Source: Octopus sinensis
Taxonomy: Eukaryota
DNA: 64,000 nucleotides
Assembly: GCF_006345805.1 (NCBI RefSeq)
Contig: NC_043009.1
Span: 8,184,001-8,248,000, forward strand
Direction of reading: 5' to 3'
Positions within the stretch are counted from its first letter, which is position 1. The number at the start of each line of letters is the position of its first letter. Of the stretch, positions 41,037 to 54,680 are shown piece after piece. A program made the position numbers and the translations under genes. Below the pieces are notes generated by a model. That model was not told where the DNA came from and did not search any database. It worked only from the letters and a program-made list of their open reading frames with translations.

Positions 41037-42739
41037 TTAAACGTGTTTTTTTGTTTATTTCCTTTTAAAGTGTTTAATCAGTAGAAAGACCTTCACAGAT
41101 TATCTGGAACTGATGAGATTGATGTGGTAGATGTTCATCTTTGACAGTTGTCAGTCAGCAACAGCAGGAAATATTTATACAGGAAGGTTTGACACTCTGG
41201 GGTGGAGAGATTGAGCTTTGTGGTTTGGTCGAGGAAGATGAAACAGAATGGAGGAAGAGGGATGGAGGCCTGCATGTCTCAGACAGACATGGGTGGCAAT
41301 GGTGGGCAATTAGTTAGCTTTCAGGAGCAGAGGCCAGTGTGATTACTGCAGAGAAAGCAGTGTGAAGCAACAAGGTATTTGTGGATAATAGATTGATCAT
41401 GTCTGCTGAATCAGGTCTTATCTCAGTCTAAGCAATAGCAACAGTAACAGTGCTCCAACCAGGCATCCTGTATATTGCAATATATTGTGACGATTTGGAA
41501 AAATAAAACAAAAACGAAAATAAGAAACATTGGAATTATTAAATGTGAAACGACCTTGGGTCTGAGCTCAGAATGTAATGGGACACAACTGAATACTTCA
41601 AGGTATTTTTGGTCACCACTATTGATTCTGCTATTCACTTGATATAAGAGTGGGAAATTTTCTTAATACTGTGAATGATAAAAGGGAAACTACATTTTGA
41701 AAACATGAAAGGTGAAAAAGTAGCTAGCATTGAAGGTATTTACTATGAGACAATATCTTCTGAGTGTGAACACTGCTCATCCACAGAAGCATAAGTGCAG
41801 GAACGAAATTTGCTTAAGGGGTGAAAACCCAGCTCCAGCCGATGATGTTCAAAATGTTTGCAGGACCCCACCACCACCACCACTACTCCCTGCCCTCAAG
41901 AATTTTAGGGAGTGGGCTTGCACCCCTCTTCACCACCTGTTCTTGGGCCTATGCACAAAATAGGTTAGTATTTATTTTTATGATAATTCTGTTCTTGCAG
42001 TACCATAGTATAACCTAGGTGGAATTTGTTTTTAAATCTCAGAACATTCACTCAGAAACAAAGTGAAAGACAAGTCAAAGTTATATTAGGTATAGAAATA
42101 GTCTAACATTTGTATGTTTATTTTTGAGCAATACTTATGCCAGAATAGTAGGCTCAGTGAAGTAATACATCTTTTGACAACAACCATTGTACACCACTGG
42201 TATTATCCAATGTGTGCAGGAGAATCAGCTATGTTGGTCGGTGGTAGACTATGCAAATAAACAGAACATGCTGCGTGAAAAAGTATTGTGAGTTGATGAG
42301 AAAGATGGCAGGCAAGTCTAAAGTAGAGAAAAGTGTTGAAGGCAGATATGAAAACGATGTGTCATATGTGTCAAGTTGATACAGGACAGAGAAGAGTGAA
42401 AATATATTCCTATAATGTAGACCTGTCCAATACAGACGAGCGTGATCAATAGCACAGTTGAATATTTTCTTATTTTTGTTACTGCTTTCAGTTATTGGAC
42501 ATGCTGGATCAAATTCCACCTTTGAGACATTTAGCCAGTTCTTTCCATCCCCAGAATTTATTTTAGTTTGGTATTTTATTGATCACTTTATCAAACAGCT
42601 AAGTCATCTTTTGATATACAGGAAAATAACTTCACAGACACAAACAACACACATACACACACAAGACACACATATGAAACAAAAATGAGCAAAGAAAGAT
42701 AACTCAGAATGGCCATTGGCATATAAACAACATCTACAA

Positions 42740-43700
42740 ATACAGTTACATCAAATACCATCTCATTTCATCCCATCTTCTTCACCTACTTATTCCTGGG
42801 AGGATGTGGGGGCGGAATCCTTGAGCACATTTTCGATTGAGTCCTGTCAGAAGCAACCATCTCTAATTAATCCAGCTGGATCCTAAAAGTGGGACAACTG
42901 AGCTCATGAATGTTATCCAACCATCTTGCTTGGAGTTTAACCCTGGGTCTCCTGCTGGTTGGTTTTGCTTGTAAAACCTGTCCAGCAATTCTTTCCTGAG
43001 ACATTCTTATCTCTTTATTGCCCATAAGAGGCTAAACATAGAGGGGACAAACAAAGGGATTAAGTCAATTACATCGACTCCAGTGCATAAATGGTACTTA
43101 TTTAATCGACTCCGAAAGGGTAAAAGGCTAAGTCGACCATGGCGGAATTTGAACTCAAAACGTAGCGGCAGACGAAATACCGCTAAGAATTTCGCCTGGC
43201 ATGCTAGCAATTCTGCCAGCTCGCCACCTTTTTCTTGAGACATTCTTACCACATGTCTGTAGTACTGGAGCTGTGATCTCCCGATCTGGAGAAGTTGTAG
43301 CTCTGCCTGGAGCACCTCTCTGATCTCCAACTTATGCAGTCTACTGAGGAACATTGCTTCAAAGACACTTCATAGGAACCCCATTTCAGCTGCTTGTATT
43401 TGCGACCATATTCTTTCAGTCATTACCCAAGATTCAAAGCCATAGGTAAAGGTAGGCATGAACACTGAATTTGAAGATACTTGCACCTTCTAGACAACAC
43501 CTGACTGCGCATACTATGACCTTCATACTTCTCTTTCCTTTGCGCCACCATCACATCTATGCTCTGATCCTTGTTACTTGTGAGTATACCCTGACACTTA
43601 ACCATCTCACTCCTGCTCTCTCTTACACTTTTGGTGTTTCCTACTATCTCTTCCCTCTGACTGGGTAACCACATATCTTCTCTACAGGAACACATCTATT
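42740..43700 (-). mobile_element. RTE-clade LINE 3' portion interrupted by a SINE
   Basis: Minus-strand translation includes TYGFESWVMTE, QAAEMGF and RSQLQYYRHVVRMSQE, resuming after the SINE with RIAGQVLQAKP and RWLDNI. Confidence 0.75.
43010..43231 (-). mobile_element. SINE family B with 17-bp TSD
   Basis: Head GGTGGCGAGCTGGCAGAA...GAGTTCAAATTCC. TSD TTC(C/T)TGAGACATTCTTA at 42993-43009 and 43232-43248. Confidence 0.9.
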
Positions 43701-44339
43701 TCTGCCCTCATTCTTGCTCTCCCTCTCTTGCTGAGTAACCATGTATTTATACTATAGCATGTACTATAGCAAGACACTTATTTCTGCCTCCCTATTTCTT
43801 GGCCACACTCTAACCTTTCATCATCTGATACTGGATCACCTCCTCCAATGCCCCCGCCATTATAGCAAGACACCTTTTTCTGCATCTCTGTATCTTTGTC
43901 ACCCTCTAATCTTTCATCTTCTGACACAAGTTCCTCCCACTCAAATGCCCCTGCCTCTCTCATAATTCCTTGTCTTGCAAGTTATTTGGTGACCCTGCCA
44001 GTGCTGGTGCCACATAAAAAGCATCCAGTTCTCACTGTGAAGTGGTTGGCATTTGGAAGGGCATCTAGTTGCAAAAATTAACCTTACATGTGCTAGTACC
44101 ATGTAAAAAGCACTGAGTCCACTCTGCAAAATAGTTGGTGTTAGGAATGGCATCCAGCCATAAAAACCCTCCCAAAACAGACAGAGTAGCATAGGGTAGT
44201 TTTTCTACCTGGCCAGCTCCAGTGAACTGTTCCATGCATGGTTGGTGGAGTCCAATACCTACATTGAATGGTTTTGATTTAGTACCATTTATTCGAGCAC
44301 AAATACTTCAAGGGACTTCAAGACAACAAGAACCTGTCC

Positions 44340-44560
44340 ATTGATCCCATACTTCTGCAGAATGTTTTATAACAACTCCTGTGAAAGACTGGCAAAGAGA
44401 TGTAGGGATACTACTGAGTCCATGCTAGCTGATGAACAGAGTGGTTTTCTCCTCAGATACAGCACAGTAGACCAAGCAGTCACCTTCAGCAAGCCTTCGA
44501 GAAATCACAGGAACATTGCCAAGAATTGCATGCTTGTTTTATAGGCCTCAAAAAGGAATC
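44340..44560 (+). mobile_element. RTE LINE RT N-terminal fragment
   Basis: LADEQSGFLLRYSTVDQAVT resembles the RT motif EEQxGFRxGRSTxDQIF. Confidence 0.65.
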
Positions 44561-45523
44561 AAATACAACAGAACATAAATTCTTGATTTATTAAAATCAT
44601 CTTTACCTCTAGATGGTGAGTCACAATTACAAAATGCCAATTGAGAACGGCTCTGTATGAGGAAGGGAGATAATCTCACAAGTCAGAAATGCTCAAAAGT
44701 CAACATGCCATTAAGAAAGAGACCAGGCTTATTATCTGGAGATAGTATATTATATATATATATCATCATCATCATCATCGTTTAACGTCCGTTTTCCACG
44801 CTAGCACGGGTTGGACGGTTCGACCGGGGTCTGGGAAGCCAGGGGCTGCACCAGGCTCATATATATATATATATGAGGCTCACAAAATCAACTGTACACT
44901 TATTTTGATCGCTATATGCAATGTTTTCTGTTTCTGAAAGTATTCATTTAAAATTCTCTCTTTATATATATATGTATATACACACACACACACACACACA
45001 CACATGCATAATTACACTACAGCTATTCATATGGTTTTGAAATGCTTCAATTATGGATTAATGAAGGAACAATATCTAAATTATTGCTTCCTTAAATATT
45101 TTAGTGCAAAAATAATATTTGGCAAGTTTCCAAATCAAACCATCAACCAAATAAGTCATTCGTTCTTTTCCCAAACCATCCAGTGAATTCAACCAGTCAA
45201 CTATTCTCTTGGTGACTGTAACTCCGTATGTGTGGTCTGTCTGTCAGTGTGCACATGCATGTAAATGAAGCTACATACTCATTGCATTATAGTAAAAGTG
45301 TCGAGTATTCTATATACACTTGTGCATTTAAGATAGTTCTTAGACAGACATTGTGGACTTTTGAATTACTGGTACAGCTCATCTGACTAGCTTCTACAGT
45401 TTTCTTCTACAAATTTCACTCATAGGACTTGAGTCAACTTGGCTCAGTGATAGATGCCATTTTCCCATATATGTACTTGCGTACACATATGCATGTGCAC
45501 ACACATTCATACATACATATATA

Positions 45524-45564
<41 letters not shown>

Positions 45565-45569
<5 letters not shown>

Positions 45570-45750
45570 CTTTATTTAAAAGCAGCAGAAATTCAACAAA
45601 ACCTGTTACTCTGAGTTTCACGTTCTCGTTCGTCGGACAGTTTTTGTTAAAAAAAAAACAAAAAAACAAAAACAAAACTGTCCGACAAACGGGAATGTGA
45701 AACTCAGAGTAACAGGTTTTGTTGAATTTCTGCTGCTTTAAATAAAACAT
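45565..45750. repeat. Long inverted repeat (~78-bp arms, A-rich ~29-nt spacer)
   Basis: Arm 45565-45644 is the near-perfect reverse complement of 45674-45750. Confidence 0.9.
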
Positions 45751-45873
45751 ATTACTCTACCCCTGGTATTTGAGTACTCTTTTTTCCACCTTGTTTCACA
45801 TTTATGTGTTTACTCCGGTATATATATATATATATATATATAAAATATTATATACATACACACACACAGATGC

Positions 45874-45909
<36 letters not shown>

Positions 45910-46459
45910 TGTATCTGTCCCACATCTCTTCCTAAATCTACTGGGGCTTTTTGATGGCTTTATTATTGAAGTAGCACCAACACCACCATGACCATTAGTC
46001 TCAGCATCACTGCCACAATGATCACCGGTGCCAACGCCACCATGGTCACCAATGCTTGTACTAACACTGGCATCCTACAGAGAGTGAGTTGACTGAAATG
46101 CCAAGAGAACGTTGAGATAGCTAGACTTACACTATAGGAATTATTGCCAAAACTATTTATCTTATTTTACTATTAATTTGTATTCCCTAGATAACATATT
46201 GAAGATAAATCTATAATGACCAAGTTGCCCATACACACACACGTGTATGTAAACATACACACATACACAGATGTATGCATAATTCTGTGAACAAGCTGTC
46301 CATGCACACACACACACACTCATTCATGAATGTGTATATAAATCTACAATAGCCATTTTGTCCAGGCATATATGCACATATACGCAGATGTACACTCACA
46401 CACAGGCTCATTGACACACACACACATGATCTCTCTGTGTCTCTTTCTCTCTCTCAGAA

Positions 46460-47420
46460 ATCATTGTCAGCATTTGGCTCTGTTTAATCATGCCTGTATG
46501 TGTTGGATGTGGTCATCTTTAGCACAGCATCTCACCACTTGTTACTGTCCTTTGACATCTCTTTCATGAGGTCCAGCTACTTGGGATCAGCTTTCACAAT
46601 TTCGTCCCATATTTTCCTTGGTTCTTCCTCTTCCCCATGTTCTTCCCACTTGGATCACTTGGCACTTCTTTATCCAACTGTCATCTTCTCTTTGCTTCAT
46701 ATGTCTGTGCCAGCTCAGTCTTCTCTATTGCATACTCCATCTGATCTATCTATATATCCAGTTTTTCTTTCAGCTCATCTGTGCTCTGCCATCCATGCAC
46801 ACTAACATTACACATCCAGCAGAGTATGCTCACTTTACTTCTTTCCAGTCTTTGCACATGCTTCATGTTAAATACTCATGTTTCTCTATCATGAAACATT
46901 GCACTTCCTACACAAACATCATACAATCTACCCACCACTCAGAGAAATAACCAGAGAAGCAATCTGTTTGTTACTAACAGAATAATTGTCACCTGAATGT
47001 TTTGCATTCTGTTCTTACTCAAGCTGCTCGGGTTTAGGAACACTTGCCTTCACTACTAGTTAGGGCACTTGGGTCACAGAAGTTGTCAACTACTTCTAGA
47101 GAACTCTCTGAGCATTTGAAGAATATCATGTTATGGATGATCATAATACTAACAATTCATGTGTATCTACTAAATTCAGTCCTTCTTCTCAGCCACTGTA
47201 TTCTCACCATACCACTTGCACACAGTTTACAATGGGTACACAATATGAATGTGTTAAGTAGATTGCTTATGAACCACATGGTTCTGGGTTCAGTCCCACT
47301 GCGTGGCACCTTGGGCAAGTGTCTTCTGCTATAGCCTCAGGCCGACCAAAGCCTTGTGAGTGGATTTGGTACACAGAAACTGAAAGAAGCCCATCGTATA
47401 TATGTGTGTGTGTATATATA

Positions 47421-47472
<52 letters not shown>

Positions 47473-47950
47473 ATATGTTTGTTCCCCCGACATCACTTGA
47501 CAACCAATACTGGTGTGTTTACGTCCCCGTAACTTAGCGGTTCAGCAAAAGAGACCGATAGAATAAGTACTAGGCTTACAAAGAATAAGCCCTGGGGTCG
47601 ATTTGCTCGACTAAAGCTAGTGCTCCAGCATGGCCACAGTCAAATGACTGAAACAAGTAAAATAAGTATATCAAGTATAGCCACTTCCCAGATGGTACCA
47701 GAGTCTTGTCCACTTTGCTGCTAACTAAAACTTTTCTCTTTATTAGAATTACTTTAAGAATATAAGTGTTAGTTCTAGGTGTTGCTTCCACACTTGGGAT
47801 TCCCTCTTGAATTCTTTGACCAATTCACTTATGGAAACTGGGTCATCAGCATATAACTTTAATATTTATCACAATTGCTTCTGTATCACTCTGTTTCTAA
47901 CCACATTGTATGTCAATGATTCTATGCATAAAAGTTTGTAATATATGGCT
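46460..47950 (-). mobile_element. RTE LINE RT fragment split by a SINE-A copy (47247-47665)
   Basis: LYADD motif at about 47842-47856, EVVDNF near 47090, and RRLSWHRH / CGRGRTK-type C-terminal motifs near 46600-46720. Confidence 0.75.
47247..47665 (+). mobile_element. SINE family A inserted in an RTE LINE
   Basis: Family body with a long (TA)n core, flanked on both sides by collinear RTE RT sequence. Confidence 0.85.
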
Positions 47951-48644
47951 GAATATATCAGGACTTCATAGGTCAAGAACTAAGTCGTATCTTTTTGCAT
48001 ATCTCTCTCTCTCCCTTTCTCAACACACACACACAGTTATATTGGCATGCAAGCTTGTGTAAACTAACAAAACTGCACACACATACACACAAAATACTCA
48101 TTCCTCTCAAACTGTTTATATGCGTGTCCTGCACATTGTTCAGCTGTTTTACATATCTGAGTTGGTGTGTGTAAACACCAGAATAAAAACCTTCCATGTT
48201 GATAAGAAGTGAAACAAAGAGGGTGCTTATAGTGAAAGTAATGATTCAAAATACATTTATTAAGATGGAAATTGAGATTTCATTGCTCTAAATTTCACAT
48301 CTCTGAATTCCAGATAAAACCTAACTCTGCAAGTCACTTCAACAGCTTCCCATTATGAAATCAGTAACTTTGAATAAGAACCAATGTCGGGTACCGTATA
48401 GTAGTCCTAGTGCAGATGGTATGTTTAAATCCATCTAGTAAATGTTATAAAGGTGTTGGTGAGGAGGAAAGCATCCTGCTATAGAAACTATATTAAAAAA
48501 AACCTAATGTTCAAGGCTAATGTTCTCTGGGATTTTATAGATAGGGAGTTATCTCCCTTGCAGGACATTGATAATAGTGAATGACAGGAACTGAGGAAGA
48601 ACATAAATAGTGGTCTCTGGGAATGCTTGAGAGAAAGTTTCTTG

Positions 48645-48883
48645 TTTTTTTATTGCCCACAAGGGGCTAAACACAGGGGACAAACAAGGACAGACAAAGG
48701 GATTAAGTTGATTGCATCAACCCCAGTGTGTAACTGATACTTAATTTATTGACCCTGAAAGGATGAAAGGCAAAGTTGACCTTGGCGGAATTTGAACTCA
48801 GAACATAACGGCAGAGGAAATACCACTAAACATTTCGCCCAGCGTGCTAACGTTTCTGCCAGCTTGCTGCCTTCTGAGAAAGT
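48645..48883 (-). mobile_element. SINE family B with 18-bp TSD
   Basis: TSD TTGAGAGAAAGTTTCTTG at 48627-48644 and 48884-48901. Confidence 0.9.
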
Positions 48884-48904
48884 TTGAGAGAAAGTTTCTT
48901 GCCA

Positions 48905-49000
48905 TGAGATTCCCCATGGTACATTGGAATTCAGACATTGATATGTATTGTCCATTGCGGTATTCCTTAATCTACAGAATATAATTTCAGGATGACAGTT
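48905..49000 (-). mobile_element. Possible Helitron Rep remnant
   Basis: IKEYRNGQYISMSE resembles the Helitron Rep motif EIxxYxxGRYISxxEA; short and degraded. Confidence 0.3.
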
Positions 49001-49214
49001 GAGTTGGTCATTACTGTTCGACACGAATCTGATCTTGCCAATAAAAACGACATTTCAAAATCATACATTGGCTTTGCAAACTATTTTGCAAGTTATCTGT
49101 GTATGACTTGCAATAACTGCAAATAACTGATTCAGAGTAGAGTGCATTCTTTAGCCCTCCCTGCATGAGTCAGCTTTTTAAATTTTGGTGATTAAATAAT
49201 AATATGTACCAAAA

Positions 49215-49520
49215 AAAGGTAAAGGGTAAAGAATCCCTTCAGTCATGACTGACAATGGGACTGCACCTAGAAAGTTACCCTCTGAAGCACAAGTGTGGGC
49301 AAAGTTGTTTATGGAAGACCAGCAGTCACCCATGCATATTAACCACCTCTCTCCATGCCATCGATGTTATTCAAGGGAAAGGCAAAGGCTTGGCACCAGT
49401 GACATCACATTTCCGCAGCTGAGTGAACCGGAGCAACATGAAATAAAGTGTCTTGCTCAAGCACACAACATACAACCCGGTCCAGGAATTGAGCATGCTA
49501 CCTCATGATTGTCAGTCCAA
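49215..49520 (-). mobile_element. tRNA-derived SINE family C
   Basis: tRNA-like head plus TGTGCTTGAGCAAGACACTTTATTTCA core. Related copies at about 52335-52650 (-); copies sharing head and core at about 980-1280 (+), 12230-12497 (-), 25600-25925 (+) and 54960-55195 (-). Confidence 0.75.
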
Positions 49521-50014
49521 TGCTTTTACCAGCAAGAGCCATGTGCCTAAGACATACACAACAACAAAGTGAACCAATTTTTTTGGTGTGTACAAGACAA
49601 CACAGACCATAATGCCACATGCAGCCCATGTCACCATGGAAAAACAACTGTATGATGATGATGCTGATGATGGCAACAACGACAGTGATGCACTCTTTGA
49701 TAGGATACATATTTAACACAGACACATACATATACACAGAACACACAGGGGTATAACTTCAGCAAACATGAAACTAAATATTTTTCTTGTTAACTAATGT
49801 TGAATAGTTTTCATCGAGTCTCATTCAGTTTATATTTGCTGAAAGCAAGTCGTTACCAATTTTCTTTTCAGAGTTGCTGATGTCAGCTTATTTCCATGTT
49901 GTCTTCAGAATTTGGCTTTTATTTTAATTATAACACCTCCTGGGACTAAAAGATCATCTTCTGGAAACTTTAAATAGCTAAAGCCATGTGTGTGTAGTAT
50001 GTATGTGTATGTCT

Positions 50015-50246
50015 AAATTATATATATATAAAATATATATATTTGTAAAATATGTGTGTGTGTATATATTTATATATATATATATTTATATATATATATT
50101 TTTATATATATATTATATATATTTTATATATATATTTTTATATATATATATATATTTTATATATATATTTTAATATATATATATATTTTTATATATATAT
50201 TTTTATATATATATATATATTTTATATATATATTTATATATATATA

Positions 50247-50313
<67 letters not shown>

Positions 50314-50397
50314 ATATTTTTATTTATATATTTTATATATATATATATATATTTTATATATATATTTTATATATATATATATTTTATTTATATATTT

Positions 50398-50428
<31 letters not shown>

Positions 50429-50640
50429 TTTATATATATTATATTTTTTATATATGTATATTTTATTTATGTATGTATTATATATATATATATATATGCA
50501 CACACACACATATATAAATACACACATAAACATATGTATATATTTTATATATATGTATATATATCATGATATATTACATATATATTTATATATATATATG
50601 CACACACACATATATATAAATACACACAAACATTTGTATG

Positions 50641-50672
<32 letters not shown>

Positions 50673-50700
50673 CATATGATATAATATATATATACATCTG
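50015..50700. repeat. ~700-bp degenerate (TA)n/(TATTT) low-complexity tract
   Basis: Direct inspection; source of the spurious YI-rich ORFs in the track. Confidence 0.95.
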
Positions 50701-51694
50701 TATGCATGTTTCTCTTCCTTCCTGTCTATCTTTCCCCCTCTGTCTATCTATCTCAATCTCTCACACAGTCTCTCCATATAGGCTTCTTAACAAACAAATT
50801 AATTACCAATAAAATATAGCCAAACAGTGATCTCATTTCATCCAGACAATATTAAGTTTTCAACACACGTGCACGCACACACACACACGCACGCACACGC
50901 ACACACACACACGCACACGCACACACACACACACACACACGTAAATAAAAATATCTTCATTTCGGAAATTCTTTTTAAACTTATTACACCATATAATGTT
51001 GCCGTTGGGTTGTTTTCCTTAAACTTTGGCTGAAATATTCTCCTGACTAAAACTCATTTACTTGCAGGAGTTTCTGGTACTCCCACTACCACCACCATCA
51101 CCATCTGTTTAAATTTATTTTTTTAAAGTAATTTTTTATTTCATTTTTTTAATTTTTATTTTTCATTCATTTATCTTAATTATTTTATTATTGAATACTG
51201 CTGAAGTTGTTGTTTCTAATGATTTCTTTCAAAATAGTGTTAATTTCATTTAACATAAGGAATGAATATGTTATCAACCTAAAGCAGTAGGAATGAAAAT
51301 AAATATTATCTTTGTTGTTGTTGTTGCTGCTGTTGCAAATGATGTGGTGGTGGTGGTTTGACTGTTTATTATTTTTTTTTGTTCTTTTCATGTCAGCATG
51401 AAGAGTAAGGCAATGCTGATAACCCTTTGTGGCAGGAGTTCTCAAACTGAGGCATGAGTACCTTTAAGCATATGCATGAGGAATCGCAGGGGATTACTTG
51501 GAGTTTGTAAAAACACTAGAACTTTTAACTAAACACAACTAACAAACCGCAACTTGTGTGTCTAGAAAATATGTGGTGTACCTTTTTTTAGTGTATCTAT
51601 CCCTTTATTGTTGTAAGAAAGGGATTTTCAGTAATGCTTATAATCAAAAACAAATTTAGTGCAGCCCTGTCAACTGAGTTTGATATGCAGGTAT

Positions 51695-52103
51695 GGATCT
51701 TTTTGGTTTGAACGGCAGTTATTTCTAGCGGTATCATATGAAATTGTCAACCATAATTATGAACCTAGTATCAATCTATTGCATTTCAATCTGTTTTAGG
51801 GTTAGGGGTGGGGGTAAGGGTATCTTTTTTCCTTCACAAATGTAAATAAACCCAATCTGTTTCTTAAACAAGGGACATATTCATACGGCACAGAATGTTT
51901 TCACCTCAATAGACGTCATTGATTGATTAAAATTGCAGAAACTGAAGAAAACAACAACAAATATCTTACAAACTATAGAATTTTCTCAATAAAGCCAAGA
52001 GAAAAAGATGTTTTATAAACACATTCTACCAGTATACGAAGTTTAAAATTTTTTAGTTACCTAGAAATTATGTTAAAAACTGCCGTTCAAACCGAAAAGA
52101 TCC
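51695..52103. mobile_element. MITE with ~26-bp TIRs and 8-bp TSD, probably Merlin-type
   Basis: TIRs GGATCTTTTTGGTTTGAACGGCAGTT / AACTGCCGTTCAAACCGAAAAGATCC. Perfect TSD GCAGGTAT at 51687-51694 and 52104-52111. Superfamily inferred from 5'-GG termini plus the 8-bp TSD. Confidence 0.8.
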
Positions 52104-53354
52104 GCAGGTATTCTTCTTTGAAACTGTAACTTTAAATTACAGTAAAATTAATTTTTGTTTTATATAGGCACAAGGCCAGAAATTTGGTGGGAACGGACAG
52201 GATTATACTGACTCTAGTTTTTAAGTGGTTATTTTCTTTTATCAGCTCCAGAAAGATCAAAGACTAAGTTGACCACAGGATTTGAACTGTTTAAATTAAA
52301 TTAGTAACAAATAGATACATGCCTATTATCTGTTCTATGGTGAAGAGTAAAGAACCCCTTCAATCACAAATGACCATGAGATTGCACCTACAGAGTCCCC
52401 CCTCCAAGGCACAAATTTGGACAAGGTTGTTTATAGAAGACCAGCAGTCACCCATGCATACCAGACTCCCCTCTCCACGCCTCCGATGTTATCCAAGGGA
52501 GAGGCAAAGGCCGATACAGCTTGACTCCAGTGACATCACAACTCATTTCTACAGCTGAATGAACTGGAGTAATGTGAAATAAAGTGTCTTGCTTAAGAAC
52601 ACAACACACAGCCTGTCCAGAAGTTGAACTCGCTACCTCATGATTGTCAGCCCAACACTCTACTCACAGATGAAGGGGTAAGCCAGTAGAAAAAGTATGA
52701 GAGCCCTGTTTTCAGGATCTCCAAGATTACTTGCAGGAGGAAAGGAGGAAGATATGCTCAAACATGAGATTTGGCCTGAATGCTTGTAAGAGAGAAGACT
52801 CCACTAAAAGTAACTTAAGTGCCAGGTGGTAGTGTTAAATTGGACAATGGGTTAAGACCTGGAATATTGCAAGGCCTCTTGTCTGACATTCTTAGAGTTT
52901 TGCTAATCCATGCTGTGGATTGCTACACTATTTTTATTGACTCTGGAAAGATTTAAGGAAAAATTTAACTTTACAAGATTTGAACTCAAAGCACAGAGTC
53001 AGACAAATACTGCAAAGATATTCTATCCTATACTATAACAACTACTAGTTAGCTACCCAGGTTAGACCTAGTCAAAGAAACCTATAGTTAAAAACGTTCC
53101 AACTGTGACCATCTCGTCGTTCTGTAAACCAGGGAGTACATTACCTAAACTATCTTCTATATTGTGTTCACATTCTCATGAAACGTTACATCTTTTTGGT
53201 CTGTGGTTTTGTAATTCAGTGGAATAAAGAAGAATTCCTTTCTTAAAACACAGGCAAGGGTGTGCAGCAGGAAGAGTATCCAGCCATAAAATACAGCTTC
53301 AAATTAGTATCCATAAAATGAATAAGTGAAAAAATGTTCATGTGTGTATGTAGT

Positions 53355-53990
53355 ATGTGCAATGTTGCATGGTGGTGAGATGGTAGTGAATGCAGAGGAC
53401 ATGCAATGGCTGGAGAAGAACAAAGCTGGTATGGTCTGCGGGGTGTGCGATGTCAGCATCCATGTATGACTGAGCATTAGTGCATTGAGAGAGAAGTTGG
53501 ACATAGGAGGAATTAGATGCAGTGTGCAAGAGAGGAGACTGCATTGGTTTGGACATGTGATGTATATGGTGGTAGACAGTTGCATACAGAAGTACTGATC
53601 ACTTAAAGTGGATGGAACTTGTGAAAGAGGGAAACCCAGAAAGGCATGGGATGAAATATTGAAAGTCAACCTCAAAACACTGAGTCTTATGAATGAGACA
53701 ATGTGGCATATCGCTGTACTCAAGAAGACCCACCCACCACCATAGAATTGAGTTCCTAAAACCAAAGTGCCATGTAAAAAGCACTGGTGTTAGTGCCACA
53801 TAATGGTGATGGTGCCATGTAAAAAGCACCCAGGACACTCTGTGGAGTGGTGACATTAAGGAAAGGCATCCTGCAGTAGAAACCAAGCCCAAACTGGCTA
53901 TGGGACCTGGTGCAGCCCTTGACCTTGCCAGTTCCTGTCAAACTGCAACCCATGCCAGCATGGAAAACGGACACTAAATATTGATGATGA
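53355..53990 (+). mobile_element. RTE LINE 3' end with 3' UTR and (GAT)n tail
   Basis: MLHGGE...LREKLDIGGIRCSVQERRLHWFGHVM...GTCERGKPRKAWDEI, followed by the same tail found in many short copies in this window. Confidence 0.85.
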
Positions 53991-54299
53991 TGTATATGAA
54001 ATTACTGATGTTTTAATAGTGTTTTATTCTATTGCTATGTTGCACTATTGTGCGTATCTATAGATTTATTAGACAACACTGTACATTATAGTGAAAGTTC
54101 ATAGTACTATATTGCAATGAAATGAAACTCTAACACACCGGCAATTTAACGTTTGATCTCGCTGCCAAGAAAGTATTAAATATGGAAATTGGTCTAACCA
54201 GCATTCAATCTTCAAAAGAAGAGAGCTTCTGCAATTCACTTTTCATGCCTGTTCTCATCTCAGGTCATGAATGTTAAGCAATAACAAAAAGAGTATGAC

Positions 54300-54680
54300 C
54301 CCCATCTAAACTGGGGTTCCCCTGAAGGTGCTCTGGAGTGATGTTACTCAACAGAGTGCAAAACTTAGAGGCCAGAGAGTCTCTCTGATCAGGTAGCCAC
54401 TTCTTTGCACTGCAGGGTCTAAGGCCCAGTAATTCAGACGTAGTTTGAATGCCTTAGGAAAGGATTGCAAGATAGATTCTTCAAGCCAAGCTAAACAGCA
54501 GGAGACCTTTGGGTCGACTAAAAGTGAGATGGTTGGATAATATCTATAGTCTCAGTTAGTTGCACTTGGTATTCCAGTGGAAAGTGTAGCGATGGTTACT
54601 TCTGATTGGATCCTATGGAGGAGGTGCCTGTAGGCACTATCCCAACAACCTTTCCAGGAATAGTGGGTGAGAAAGTGTGT
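54300..54680 (+). mobile_element. RTE LINE 3' fragment (same family as 42740-43700)
   Basis: Shares gatggttggataa(c/t)at, caggagacc and the downstream sequence with the 42.8-43.0 kb copy. Confidence 0.6.

Noticed and set aside
41560-41960. Possible hAT transposase C-terminal remnant
   Set aside because: Similarity too weak and no TIR/TSD pair located.
46127-46182. Minus-strand exon-like segment with GTAAGT donor
   Set aside because: Stops in all frames and a mediocre acceptor.
50052-50684. Longest ORFs in the track (210 aa and 153 aa, YI-rich), and similar ones at 1742-2254, 13459-14067, 26763-27209 and 31017-31385
   Set aside because: They are translations of (TA)n/(TG)n/(CA)n microsatellites, which lack stops in some frames.
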